A stretch of 38,254 nt of DNA. It comes from a virus (taxonomy: Duplodnaviria; Caudoviricetes). The first letter of the stretch is position 1, and each line of letters opens with the position of its first letter. The position numbers and the translations under genes are program-made. The stretch covers positions 1-38,254 of the IMG/VR virus record IMGVR_UViG_3300025610_000007. The stretch is one strand, 5' to 3'. The notes below the pieces were generated by a model that did not search any database, had not been told where the DNA came from, and saw nothing but the letters and a program-made list of their open reading frames with translations. Below, in pieces: positions 19,801-28,315 of the stretch.

Positions 19801-20537
19801 ACACCTTAGCTGATTTTCAACCTATATCATACACTGAAGTACCCCAAGGATACACGCAAGGTAACTATACAAGACTAATGTATATGTTAAGAACTTTTAC
19901 AATTAAGCAGTTTGATGCGTTCAGGACTGAGTCAATAAACTTGATACGAAAAGGTAAAAGGCAAAACAATCAAAAACTTGTTAATGAAGGTGTAGGCAAT
20001 ATGGTCAAGTTAGCTTCAGTTTTTGTACTTGCTAACGCCTCAGCTGACGCATTAAAAGATTTAATACATAATCGTAAGATAAACTTAACAGACTATGCTA
20101 TAGATAATATTCTACGTTTATTTGGTGTCAGTAGGTTTATGGCTTACTACTTTAGAAGATATGGCCCAGAGCAAGCAATATTAAAGTTTTTTACACCTCC
20201 TGTACTTGGTATTCCAGCAGCTGTAGGAAAGGACGTTTATGATGGTGTTGTCGCTCGTTTTGATGAAGAAAAGAAATTTAACTGGAATGAGCTCGAGACA
20301 ATAAAGGTCATACCTTTTGTAGGAAAATTATACTACTGGTGGTTTGGTAAAGGTAGGGATTTGGACTTTCAAAATAGAATAGAGTTCGACCCTAATAATA
20401 AAGAATTAGCAGAAATGTACAAACAGCATTTAAAAAAAGCTATTGACAATGGCTGGATGACTAAGAAAGATGCAAGAAGACGATTTTCTAAATTTAAAAA
20501 TAAGAGAAAAGAAGGCTTAAAGAGATTGTCAAAATAA
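13890..20537 (+). CDS. Large internal virion / polyvalent protein with ADP-ribosyltransferase-like domain
   Basis: 2215 aa; hydrophobic Gly/Ala N-region; FKRWFKDSK...VYHGT...GMGYYFT...PVFL...GFDG...PNQIKS; also an LFLEEIQSDW domain. Confidence 0.8.
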   Translation: MPQLSPEVIRILKESIPQEEEKKSLVEQILSEPTEDELLEKQEEESSIWRDFTRGTRRLFATGGMQTIAPAAIGLGTTKPREEQRVFSARAGYGFTKPAISTKKAAEMTAKSPLYNWGIDKYTKLQLQLKENPELLRPKEIADLPYWHPRVIATAVGDAVPSLIEVMVPTLAAGAVGGPAAAIPVLLTTTFGMEYGGMIDTAMEMGLTPQEATNAAVLVGTINAAIGIIPGTRALKALGLMSKTTQTRIIREIVDRGLYKNIKKEALGQGVTEMFEEIAQESVNMAGEVYGLGADIKLDEAVRRYYEVAVGAKAVGGTTGAVTGGVGFKSAEKASNTVQFAAQEITEDAANDLQVSMVEGESTVEIWPESKFKDTAYKPEQFDKIGENENGEAIYAVQVQGANSSEGGISISQTADRSTILEEVVEYRLKNLGENQGTLIERIQNWATTLRQIAEENNIPIRFENTVNGNIELFSDAMVYHYGGYGELNPESAAITYIPPDIAEDFIGQMGEMSDGTRVFDYLKGTGQEVDSPAFIRQQVDESMQQDFDGDMQERAPPGETKQMIAPTEVVKNEAFKRWFKDSKAVDSEGNPVIVYHGTLSDIQEFNLDKANPESDAGMGYYFTSNPEDASDNYGSPSGPDITQRVEQLAERDENFGQDDDVDAAIRTRIRNELAENEGAVMPVFLSMQNPATSRTYLEPMETYNEEIEDYDVNEDSDAYMMYESIPYVSRDFNDIDWAAVQGKFAELAFDEPNAIELFDAFKKSDEVAYITDEDGNLASGEFVRRVFEEGGFDGLIFDKADQRFNMDMPDDVTHYIAFKPNQIKSAFNLGTFDPDTDDISFQLKYVKPVWYSKTIKEVEDKFPPSMKIDAVKNFLQKKLQIPNAEYEWLDIDFFLGVEKFFGKDKSKVTKEDLTDWIHFNSIDIKDNFYKKRPVKQIGEVMTSEEIIKKYFTDKTDVLDLYGGITIEEELQEFMNDGLYIEHRIYETHNGDLVWSYKDETSGNYAAIPLHKNEPYVYEEGVEEDEDGIYYSDDGLIGRDFENLDAVVDAISSSASKSPKWRWSGITDLTEPGRYKDYQELVLTIGDMDIRGKTEMYSGNYARFSNNHFSDINAVAHIRYNSRISEDGKRVLFLEEIQSDWDKDIKQSGAINIKQFSNEEKKLEWRDGTDKETEPYGIGIYLEGTMPAARKWVDSEIKNREENNISIPDLRPNQVRNGYQNYHITEELDEIPEKRFKTHLMNDKGKTKGHVGFPSLKEAKNYVQTMLNAAKINKTVDGFKSYDMPYKDNVWVSLTLKRMLRYAAENNFDAMAWTTPRQQLQRNRSSIRNTVDAIHYMKNRRLRKNGFGDVVGHDVFVKINGIKNKESVVDVNVPLFGQTTIDGQITSLEGLVGKKMATKIREDVKKGKSGIIEGEDLALGEQGFIDLYETTIKKRLKDLSKKNKWNANIGTLEIDSNTLSQEMFEEYQEQRDKPNPLTWNEFAAQLPKDKKVLLNQPYIEITPEMKMSAMEGMPTFQLTKPQDVPGWVYNDAGKNAGKPKITKKPVDSWWNTNIIPLSQRLRRIDESLVSPVRMVDFKIFTQTEDNIKTVKPFLDTMKEIKNENAEDYGMIDLAMKNGDAKVLESMFKRYKSKRLNQKYLLVRAVLDDIYMRAENAGMDMGFIDEYFPRQVSDFEGLIKHFYGNFDKGILDKEIAAKEKDLKRKLTMEEKTDLLSARLRGFGKKVSNKPGATKKRTQEFVTSDMNQFYHSLEHSLTQYIATMNNSIETSLFFGGRKTKGEISDSMIGKKVAELMDEKKISPENQAELTQVIKARFNTTSVSPSVQALKTLGYLGTMGNISSSITQIGDLAWAAYIAPRETAGAVGKALVRKSKITKSDLGIDKLSYEFRDDAGISKILNFVFKATGLDFMDNLGKETLINATIAKYQRKAKAGQLEGDRRLNEAFGNDVNKVIGDLKRGVITERVKYLAFYTLADFQPISYTEVPQGYTQGNYTRLMYMLRTFTIKQFDAFRTESINLIRKGKRQNNQKLVNEGVGNMVKLASVFVLANASADALKDLIHNRKINLTDYAIDNILRLFGVSRFMAYYFRRYGPEQAILKFFTPPVLGIPAAVGKDVYDGVVARFDEEKKFNWNELETIKVIPFVGKLYYWWFGKGRDLDFQNRIEFDPNNKELAEMYKQHLKKAIDNGWMTKKDARRRFSKFKNKRKEGLKRLSK
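15058..15249 (+). CDS. Probable overprinted 63-aa basic protein in the +1 frame of the polyvalent gene
   Basis: AGGAG SD upstream; main-frame Leu is only CTT/CTC across the overlap, which avoids +1 stops. Confidence 0.45.
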   Translation: MEKQSMQSKFRERTLQKAVYPSAKQRIEAQFLKKLSNTDSKTLEKIKERLSNAFKIGQQPLDK

Positions 20538-20558
20538 AATTGGTTGTACATATATAAC
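20526..20558 (+). promoter_or_regulatory. Putative late promoter 3
   Basis: TTGTCA-N21-TATAAC upstream of the fibre operon. Confidence 0.6.
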
Positions 20559-20603
20559 ATTGCAAACTTTTATATCAAAAAATAACCTTATAAGGACTCT
20601 CAA

Positions 20604-20882
20604 ATGAACATTAATTCATTACGTGCAATACAACAAGGTGGAGCTGGATTTGATGTCATAGCTGCTGCCGATGGAGAACAAAGTAATACTAAAAACTGGA
20701 GTGCTATCAAAGCTATTGGTGATGATGCTGATTTAAAAGCTGAAAGCACTGTAGGTGAATCATTTTCAGCTGATGGAGCTTACTCTGGCTCTGCTTTGAC
20801 ACTTGGCCAAGGCGATGTTGTATATGGCTCATTTAGTAAAATAACTGTTTCTTCAGGAACCGTACTAGCTTACAAAATATAA
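20604..20882 (+). CDS. Small beta-rich virion protein
   Basis: GDVVYGSFSKITVSSGTVLAYK C-terminus; SD AAGGA; precedes the LamG genes. Confidence 0.65.
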   Translation: MNINSLRAIQQGGAGFDVIAAADGEQSNTKNWSAIKAIGDDADLKAESTVGESFSADGAYSGSALTLGQGDVVYGSFSKITVSSGTVLAYKI

Positions 20883-20886
20883 AACT

Positions 20887-23601
20887 ATGCTCTCGTTAGG
20901 ACAGGGTATAGCCAAGGCAGCCAAACTGCCACTACAATTTATTAAGGACAACCTTAAACTATACCTCGACTTCAAATCTAATAAGTCAGACACGCTAAAG
21001 TTCCCATCAGAAGGTTCAACAGAGTTTAATGGTAGTAGTAATTACATAGAAACTTTAGACAGTTCTGATTTTGATTTTGGTACAGGAGATTTTTCTATTT
21101 CATTTTGGTTTAATGTAGATGATATTGATTGGAATTGGGCAGTATCAAGAGTAAATAGTGCAAATAGTAATGATGTTTTTAGAGCAGGAATTAATAATAG
21201 TGGGAAAATTATATTTAGAGATATAGTGGGTGGTGTTGATGTTGCAGGAAGCACAACTATTTCAATTAATACTTGGTATCATTTTTTTGCTGTAAGAAAT
21301 AGTGGCACTTTAAAAGTATATCTTAATGGTTCTGAAGATGGAAGTGCTTCATCGGGTGGTAATCTTGATAGTGATAAAGGATTTATAATTGGAAGATGGC
21401 AAGGTAATGGAGATTATTGGAATGGGCAACTTACTAATGTAGCAGTTTGGTCAAGAGCATTAGAGCCAGAAGAAATTCAATCCATAATGAACAAATCCTA
21501 TAGCCAACTAAAAGGTGTAGAAAAAACAAGTTTAGTTAGTTGGTGGGCGTTAGACGATGATACAGTAAATGGTGCTATTAATTCTCATGTACCAGAAGTA
21601 TTAGGAAATGAAATATTCCCTACATCAAATAGTGTGTATACTACAGATGGCTCACACTATACAAAAGATTCTTCTAATCCACCTAATCTTACATATCAAG
21701 ATACAGGAACAGGAACTGTAACAATAAATAATTCAGATTTAGAAGAATCTATAAATATATCTGCTACATATAAATTAACATTTACAATATTTGGTCTTAC
21801 AAGTGGACAAGCTAATTTAAAAGCAGTAAGTACCAATTTTGGAAATACCTATGTTGATGAAACTATGTTAGATAATGGTACACATACTTTTTATTTTATA
21901 AGACCTGCGGGAGGTGGAGATGGATTTAAATTTCGCTCTGATACTGCATCTGGTAGTACATTTACTATATCTGATTACTCACTTAAAAGAATAACTTCAG
22001 ATTCTAACATAGGACACATACGGGGATTAGCAACAACTACCACATCAGTATTTGGTGGCAACGCACCAGTCTTACCTCGTGCAGTTGATGTAGCTAAAGA
22101 AGGACAAGCAGATGCGATTGGAAATGGTAGCCTTACAACATCAAGTGGTGGATATGCTGATTTAGGAAACGATTCATTAATACAATTTGGTGGTAGTTTT
22201 TCTGTTTCTTGTTGGTTTAAAACAATAGATACAACTGCAACTAATGAAATGGTAATAGCCAAATCAGATGATGGTTCAAGTGCAGGTTGGTTAATTAGAT
22301 TAAATAGTAGTAGAAAATTAGATTTTACCTATACTAATTCTGCAAGTGGTGGTGTAGGTGTTACAATAAGCGATACTGGAAGTGCAGTAAATGATGGGGA
22401 ATGGTATCATGTAGCATTTGTACATGAATCTGGAGTAGGTAACAGAGCTTATAAAAATGGTATATTAATTGGTAGTAATTCTACAGGAACAGACCTCGGA
22501 AGTCATACACCAAATCTCCATGTAGGAAATCAAGACTTTTCTACTGCAAGAGCATTAGATGGTTCTTTTGCACAAGTTGGATTATGGCAAGGTGCATTAA
22601 CTCAAGCACAAATACAATCTGTTATGGAATCTACTTCATACTCAAAGATTCCTGCTGATGTAAAGAGTACATTAAGTGAGAATTATGTTACTAATAGTAC
22701 ATTTGATTCTGATATAAGTGGTTGGAGCCAAACTAACTCTACTTCATCAAATAGAACAACATCACATGCTACAATTGATGGTAGGACTTGTATTGATATA
22801 AACGATGCAAGTACATCTGGTCGTTTTAATGCACAGTTTGACCTCGGTAGCAATGCTGTAGATGGAGAACTATATAAAATAAGTTATTATGCAAGAAAAG
22901 CTCAAACAGGTAGTACAAGTAAAGATTTTATTGTTGGTCTTGGTTTTACAAATGTAGGTGGTGATGCAGGAAATGTTGATAAAACAGTTGCAGAATACGA
23001 TACATGGGAATTTCAAGAAATTTATATTGTATGTGGCTCTGCAAATAATTATTTACAATTTTTACCAACTGCTTATGATAATACACATATAGGTAGATTA
23101 TTTCTTGATGACGTAAAAGTACAAAAAGTAACTAACGACATCGTTGCGTACTATCCACTTGATGGTAGTAGTTCAGCAAATGGTGTTACAAATGATGCAA
23201 CTACAGGCGAAGTTTTAGGTAGTGAGTTAATTCCTGATGGTGAATTTACTGATGAAAGTTTATGGGATGCTGGAAGCGATACAGCTATAGGTACAGGAAT
23301 ATCTTTTGTAAATGGACAAGCAGTTTGGGATACATCTGGCACAATAGAATTAAAACAAGATATAACTATTAATAGTGGAAAACTATATAAAGTTGTATTA
23401 GACATAGATAGTGTAACATCTGGAACTATTAGAAATAATGTAGGCTCTTATGGAGGTACGTTTAATACTGCTGGAATTAAAACAGAATATATTACAGGAA
23501 CTGGTTCAAGATTTTATCTTGTTGGGTTCACTGGTTTTGATGGAGTGTTGAATAGCGTTTCAGTAAAAGAAGTTTTATCAAACACAGGAGTGCTTAAATA
23601 A
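20887..23601 (+). CDS. LamG/concanavalin A-like lectin fibre protein 1
   Basis: Repeated FSISFWF...WYH...KVYLNG...W-RAL-EI LamG motifs plus carbohydrate-binding-module-like inserts. Confidence 0.85.
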   Translation: MLSLGQGIAKAAKLPLQFIKDNLKLYLDFKSNKSDTLKFPSEGSTEFNGSSNYIETLDSSDFDFGTGDFSISFWFNVDDIDWNWAVSRVNSANSNDVFRAGINNSGKIIFRDIVGGVDVAGSTTISINTWYHFFAVRNSGTLKVYLNGSEDGSASSGGNLDSDKGFIIGRWQGNGDYWNGQLTNVAVWSRALEPEEIQSIMNKSYSQLKGVEKTSLVSWWALDDDTVNGAINSHVPEVLGNEIFPTSNSVYTTDGSHYTKDSSNPPNLTYQDTGTGTVTINNSDLEESINISATYKLTFTIFGLTSGQANLKAVSTNFGNTYVDETMLDNGTHTFYFIRPAGGGDGFKFRSDTASGSTFTISDYSLKRITSDSNIGHIRGLATTTTSVFGGNAPVLPRAVDVAKEGQADAIGNGSLTTSSGGYADLGNDSLIQFGGSFSVSCWFKTIDTTATNEMVIAKSDDGSSAGWLIRLNSSRKLDFTYTNSASGGVGVTISDTGSAVNDGEWYHVAFVHESGVGNRAYKNGILIGSNSTGTDLGSHTPNLHVGNQDFSTARALDGSFAQVGLWQGALTQAQIQSVMESTSYSKIPADVKSTLSENYVTNSTFDSDISGWSQTNSTSSNRTTSHATIDGRTCIDINDASTSGRFNAQFDLGSNAVDGELYKISYYARKAQTGSTSKDFIVGLGFTNVGGDAGNVDKTVAEYDTWEFQEIYIVCGSANNYLQFLPTAYDNTHIGRLFLDDVKVQKVTNDIVAYYPLDGSSSANGVTNDATTGEVLGSELIPDGEFTDESLWDAGSDTAIGTGISFVNGQAVWDTSGTIELKQDITINSGKLYKVVLDIDSVTSGTIRNNVGSYGGTFNTAGIKTEYITGTGSRFYLVGFTGFDGVLNSVSVKEVLSNTGVLK

Positions 23602-26600
23602 TGGCTACGACAATTAATTCTGGATACGCAAACTCTCCTAAACTTACTGCTAACATTGCAGACCACGCAGATGTACATGGTGGCAGAGCATTAGTATTTG
23701 ATGGGGTAAGTGATTATTTAGAAGTTAACCAAACATTTACTACAGATAATTTTGCTTTAAGTTTTTGGATTAATCCAAATGATGTAACGAGTGATAAATA
23801 TTTATTTGACCAAAATGCAGGTATTTGTAGGTCAGTAATAATTGGCTATCAAAATGGATATATAAATTTTATTAATGATGATAATGATGCAGGAGATTAT
23901 TATCCAACGGGAGATGAAATAGACACTCGAATTCCTGTAAGTGCTGGAGAATGGCAACATTATGTAATGATGACAGATGGCACTAAAGTATATGGATATA
24001 GAAATGGAGCTGAAATAGTTAATGTAACAGGTAAATGGGGAGCATCTGGAGCAGAGAAACTATGGATAGGCAAATACGAAAATGGGTTGCATTACGAAGG
24101 TAAAATGACAGATGTAAAAATATTTGATACTACTCTTACAGAAGCACAAGTACAAGAACTTTACAAGAAACCAGAAAACACACCAAGTGCAGTACAGGAT
24201 AACCTTGTAGCTTGGTATCCTATGATTGAGGGTGGAAAGCCAGAGAGTCCACAATCAATAGTATATGACCATAGTGAGAAGAAGTTGGGTAGTGAATTTT
24301 TTAATACTACCTATTCATCGAATACAGGTAGTTGGACAAAATATGATAACAATGGATTAGAAAATGATAACGGAGCAATAAAAGTAACTTATGTAGATAA
24401 TGCAAATGGTGCGTATTTATATCTAAATAACACAGATGATTTTGACCGCAATACAGATAGCACAGCATTATATAAGTTTACTTTTGAAGCAAAGGTGAAT
24501 ACAGGAACTGTAAAGTTAGCTATTGATGAAAGTGGAGAAAAATCAGCTTTAGACATAACAAATACAGAATTTGAATCACATACAATGTACGTTACAGGTA
24601 TTGGAGGTGGATTATTAAGACAAAAAAATATGGGTTCTGGGCAAATATTTTTTATTAAAAATTTATCTTTCAAAGAAGTCCTCATGGGTAACCACGCTAC
24701 TACAAATTTCTTTGGGGATGAGTTAATTACTAATGGAGATTTTTCAAGTGCTACAGGATGGACAGATGCAAGTAATATAATTTCTAATGATGTTGCTCAT
24801 TTTAACACTACAGGTACTTTGCAATATATAGAACAAGCAAATAAAGCAGTAGTTGGGAAAACATATCAATTAAAATACGATATAACTGAATATACAAGTG
24901 GTACAATAAAAACATATCATAGCCCAACTGTTACATTAAGCACATCAGTTGCAAGTCATACTACAACTTTTGTTGCAGAACATACTAATTTTGGTTTAAA
25001 AAGAGGTTCTGGTAGTGGAACTACTAATATTAAAATAGATAATGTATCTCTCAAAGAAGTAGGAGTATCCTCATCTGGATTTGAGACTGCTGTAAATGAA
25101 CCTGTAGTTCCACAAGTACCATTGATGAAATATAATCAGAAGATGTATTTTGGAGCAAATCACTTATTAAATCAATATGTTAGTACAGGACAAGCATTTA
25201 ATTTTGGTAAAAAAGTAACAATATCAGTATGGTTAGTGCCAGATGAAATTATAAGTGAAAGCAGGACAGGAATTATTGGTGGTCGTTATTATCAAGACGG
25301 AGATTTTCATTTAGGATTGCATAGCAATACAAGGCAAATAATGTTTAGCCCAAGAGCAGGAAATGGTGGTCAATGGAATTTAAGTGCAGACCAATGGGAT
25401 ATAGGTAAATTAGTTCATTTATGTTTAGTGTATGATACTTCAGAACAGGGAAATAGTGGTCAAGATTCTGCTAAACTATATGTTAATAGTATTTTGCAAA
25501 CTTCTCCTGTTGCTGGTAGTGGAGGAACAGTTGATTTAGAAACTACTGGATTAAGTATTGGTCACACAAATCAAATGGAGTATCATGGTTTTCTTGATGA
25601 GGCAAGTATATTTAATTCTGCATTTAATCAAACTCAAGTCCAAGAACTATTCAACGATGGTATCGCATTAGATGCTACTACACATAGTCAATTTATAGAC
25701 ACAACTGATTTATTAGGTGGTAGTTATGATTTTACAGATACAACTCAATGGAATCAAGTTTCTAACGCAACAAGAACATCTGCGACCTCAATAACTGCAA
25801 CAGCAGATAATGGCACTATAAGGACTTTGACTGGCTCTTTTGAAAACGATACAAGATTATATAAAATAAGTATTCAAGGTTCAGTAACTACAGGAAATAT
25901 CGATTTAAAGTCATGGGGTGGGCAAGAAACTTATAAAACAGGAATTACAGGAACATTTAATGAAACTGTTTATGCTAATACATCTTATGGTGGTTTAATG
26001 ATTGCACTTACTGCAAATACTGCTGTAGCTACTATAACAAATTTAAAAATTGAAAGACAATATTTATTAGGATATTGGCGAAATGATGGTGTAACTACAT
26101 GGACTGATAGAAGTGGCGTTGGCAACAATGGCACAGTACAAGGCTCACCAGATTCTATAACAATCAGAGAAGGACTTAACTCAAACAGAGATGGACTTGG
26201 GTTTTACTTTACTAATCCAAGTAGCAATGTGTTAAGGTTAAATGGTGTTGATGAGTATTTAGAAATACCAGACAATAAAGTGTTTAGCTTTGGAGATAGT
26301 AATGGTGATTTACCATTTAGTATTGAGGCTTGGTTAAAACCTAACGATGTTACAGGATTTCCAATAATATCAAAAGGAATATACAATACAAGTGCAGAGT
26401 ATATATTATGGATAAACTTAAGTAATAAATTATCATTTGAATTATACGATGAAAGCGTAAGCAATAATTATATATTAGCTAATTACAATTCCTCTTTAGC
26501 GAGTTATGAAGGTTCTTGGTTTCATGTGTGTGCTACTTATGATGGAAGAGGTGGTTCAAGTGCAAACGCAGGAATAAAATTATATATTAATGGAAGCAAT

Positions 26601-26795
26601 GTTGCAACTACTCTTGACAACTCGGGAACTTATGTTTCTATGGAAAACCTTAGTGCAAATGTTCATGTAGGTAGATATGATAATTATTATGCAGATGGTA
26701 TGATTGATGAGCTAAGAGTCTACAATAAAGAACTATCATTAGCTGAAATTCAGAAAAACTATAAACACCAAAAAGGTAAACACAAAAATGACTAA
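23601..26795 (+). CDS. LamG/concanavalin A-like lectin fibre protein 2
   Basis: FDGVSDY, FSIEAWLKP, WFHVCATYDG, KLYING, GMIDELRVYNKELS motifs. Confidence 0.85.
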   Translation: MATTINSGYANSPKLTANIADHADVHGGRALVFDGVSDYLEVNQTFTTDNFALSFWINPNDVTSDKYLFDQNAGICRSVIIGYQNGYINFINDDNDAGDYYPTGDEIDTRIPVSAGEWQHYVMMTDGTKVYGYRNGAEIVNVTGKWGASGAEKLWIGKYENGLHYEGKMTDVKIFDTTLTEAQVQELYKKPENTPSAVQDNLVAWYPMIEGGKPESPQSIVYDHSEKKLGSEFFNTTYSSNTGSWTKYDNNGLENDNGAIKVTYVDNANGAYLYLNNTDDFDRNTDSTALYKFTFEAKVNTGTVKLAIDESGEKSALDITNTEFESHTMYVTGIGGGLLRQKNMGSGQIFFIKNLSFKEVLMGNHATTNFFGDELITNGDFSSATGWTDASNIISNDVAHFNTTGTLQYIEQANKAVVGKTYQLKYDITEYTSGTIKTYHSPTVTLSTSVASHTTTFVAEHTNFGLKRGSGSGTTNIKIDNVSLKEVGVSSSGFETAVNEPVVPQVPLMKYNQKMYFGANHLLNQYVSTGQAFNFGKKVTISVWLVPDEIISESRTGIIGGRYYQDGDFHLGLHSNTRQIMFSPRAGNGGQWNLSADQWDIGKLVHLCLVYDTSEQGNSGQDSAKLYVNSILQTSPVAGSGGTVDLETTGLSIGHTNQMEYHGFLDEASIFNSAFNQTQVQELFNDGIALDATTHSQFIDTTDLLGGSYDFTDTTQWNQVSNATRTSATSITATADNGTIRTLTGSFENDTRLYKISIQGSVTTGNIDLKSWGGQETYKTGITGTFNETVYANTSYGGLMIALTANTAVATITNLKIERQYLLGYWRNDGVTTWTDRSGVGNNGTVQGSPDSITIREGLNSNRDGLGFYFTNPSSNVLRLNGVDEYLEIPDNKVFSFGDSNGDLPFSIEAWLKPNDVTGFPIISKGIYNTSAEYILWINLSNKLSFELYDESVSNNYILANYNSSLASYEGSWFHVCATYDGRGGSSANAGIKLYINGSNVATTLDNSGTYVSMENLSANVHVGRYDNYYADGMIDELRVYNKELSLAEIQKNYKHQKGKHKND

Positions 26796-27330
26796 TACAT
26801 ATTTAATATTAACAAAAGCAAAGTGGGAGTCAGCATTACCTGCTAAACTTAAAAAAGCTGATAGATTATCTTGGAATGAATACACATATCGAGATGAAGA
26901 GCGTAGTGCTACAAGGATGGTAGATAAATATGATTACTACCCATCAGATGATAACACAAAAGCAGAGATAAAGGCGTATATGGACGATTGTGACGTAGAT
27001 TATTCATCAAGTGATACCAAAGCTGAGTTATTAGAAAAACTCAACGCAGAGCCTCATTCTGTACCGCAAGAAGAAGAAAGTTATACGTACACAGAGCAGG
27101 TGGTAAATACTACTACATTGCAATCTCCAACTTGGAAAGAGTCAGCATTTAAGTTAGGCAAACTTGGAAGTCCAAGATGGAATAACGATGGTAGTAAAGT
27201 ATTAGTTAAATATGAATTACCTATAGCAGATGGAACATTAGATGCAGTAAAAGGCACAAGTGGTATTACTGCTTTATCACATAGTGAAGCTATAGCTGAA
27301 ATGCAAAAGGATGAGTGGTCTAGTGAGTGA
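26788..27330 (+). CDS. Fibre-associated hypothetical protein with HeH/SAP-like insert
   Basis: TKAEIKAYMDDCDVDYSSSDTKAELL helix-extension-helix-like motif. Confidence 0.6.
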   Translation: MTNTYLILTKAKWESALPAKLKKADRLSWNEYTYRDEERSATRMVDKYDYYPSDDNTKAEIKAYMDDCDVDYSSSDTKAELLEKLNAEPHSVPQEEESYTYTEQVVNTTTLQSPTWKESAFKLGKLGSPRWNNDGSKVLVKYELPIADGTLDAVKGTSGITALSHSEAIAEMQKDEWSSE

Positions 27331-27403
27331 AGACATTAAAGACATTATTAAGGTTTTGGCCTTTGTAATACTTGTACTTGGCGGCATCATACTTACTATA
27401 TGA
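27323..27403 (+). CDS. 26-aa hydrophobic peptide (not in ORF track)
   Basis: GTG start, (M)SEDIKDIIKVLAFVILVLGGIILTI; overlaps both neighbours. Confidence 0.45.
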   Translation: MSEDIKDIIKVLAFVILVLGGIILTI

Positions 27404-27723
27404 GCGATGAAAAAACGTACAGGAGTTATGGGGTCACTAAACTTGACGATAATTATCGGATTAGTCTTAACATCAAGTGGCTTGGCCAAATTATTGCTGG
27501 AGTTATTTTCATTAGTCTGGGTTACGTACGTATTGAGAACAGAATTGGAGACCTTGAACGAAGAATGGAACTTGCTAATTCCAGCATTGAAGAGCTTGTA
27601 GAAAAGCATATTGAAGAAGAAGAAGTAAAGATAACACAAATGCAAGAACAATTAAAATGGTACGAAGAAGAATTAAACTTAAATCCCTTGTCGTGGGGAA
27701 AGAAAAAAAGGAAGAGAAAGTAA
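27400..27723 (+). CDS. Membrane-anchored coiled-coil protein (lysis region)
   Basis: One TM segment followed by a coiled coil and a basic tail. Confidence 0.65.
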   Translation: MSDEKTYRSYGVTKLDDNYRISLNIKWLGQIIAGVIFISLGYVRIENRIGDLERRMELANSSIEELVEKHIEEEEVKITQMQEQLKWYEEELNLNPLSWGKKKRKRK

Positions 27724-27784
27724 TCTTAACTGAAGATGACTTTAATCATAATTACTTTATTAACCGGGAACTGCGGAGAGTACG

Positions 27785-27871
27785 ATGACCCCGAATCATT
27801 GTGCTGACTGTGAAAAACCAATTCATGAATTAGATAGTTGGTTGTGTGATGAATGTAAGGAAAAAGAATAA
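27785..27871 (+). CDS. 28-aa zinc-finger micro-protein MTPNHCADCEKPIHELDSWLCDECKEKE (not in ORF track)
   Basis: Two CxxC motifs, GGAG SD, TAATG coupling to the next gene. Confidence 0.5.
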   Translation: MTPNHCADCEKPIHELDSWLCDECKEKE

Positions 27872-28188
27872 TGGATTTTCTAGCGATTTACAGCGAAGCG
27901 GGTATGATAGGTGTCGTAGGGGCTTTGCTAGTGTATATGGTTTACTCTATGAACAAAAGAGGGTCTGCGCAGGCAGAAAGTTTAAACGACCTAAAAACGG
28001 AGAACAGGGGCCAGAGTGAAACCCTTGAGAATACTGAAGGTATGTTAATAAAACTTATAGACAGATGGAATAAAACTGACGAAAGAACTGATAGAAAATT
28101 TGATGATTTAACTAGACAGATAAATGATTTAGATAATCAGGTATCAGAAATAAAAGGAAGTTTGAGTAGAGTAAATGGCAAACACTAA
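27871..28188 (+). CDS. Membrane-anchored coiled-coil protein, holin-like
   Basis: N-terminal TM (GMIGVVGALLVYMVY) followed by a coiled coil. Confidence 0.6.
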   Translation: MDFLAIYSEAGMIGVVGALLVYMVYSMNKRGSAQAESLNDLKTENRGQSETLENTEGMLIKLIDRWNKTDERTDRKFDDLTRQINDLDNQVSEIKGSLSRVNGKH

Positions 28189-28315
28189 AATAAAAAAAGT
28201 AAGTTGGATGTATGGCGGTAAAAAATATTATGGAGATTATTTACGTGAAGACAGTAAATATATTTATGCTCGCACACACAACAACAAAATTAAAAAGATT
28301 GTGAAGAAGAAGTAA
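28175..28315 (+). CDS. 46-aa basic protein MANTKIKKVSWMYGGKKYYG... (not in ORF track)
   Basis: Fills the gap exactly; TAATG coupling to the next gene. Confidence 0.6.
   Translation: MANTKIKKVSWMYGGKKYYGDYLREDSKYIYARTHNNKIKKIVKKK

Noticed and set aside
20887-26795. Diversity-generating retroelement targeting the fibre genes
   Set aside because: No reverse transcriptase and no adenine-variable repeat pair seen
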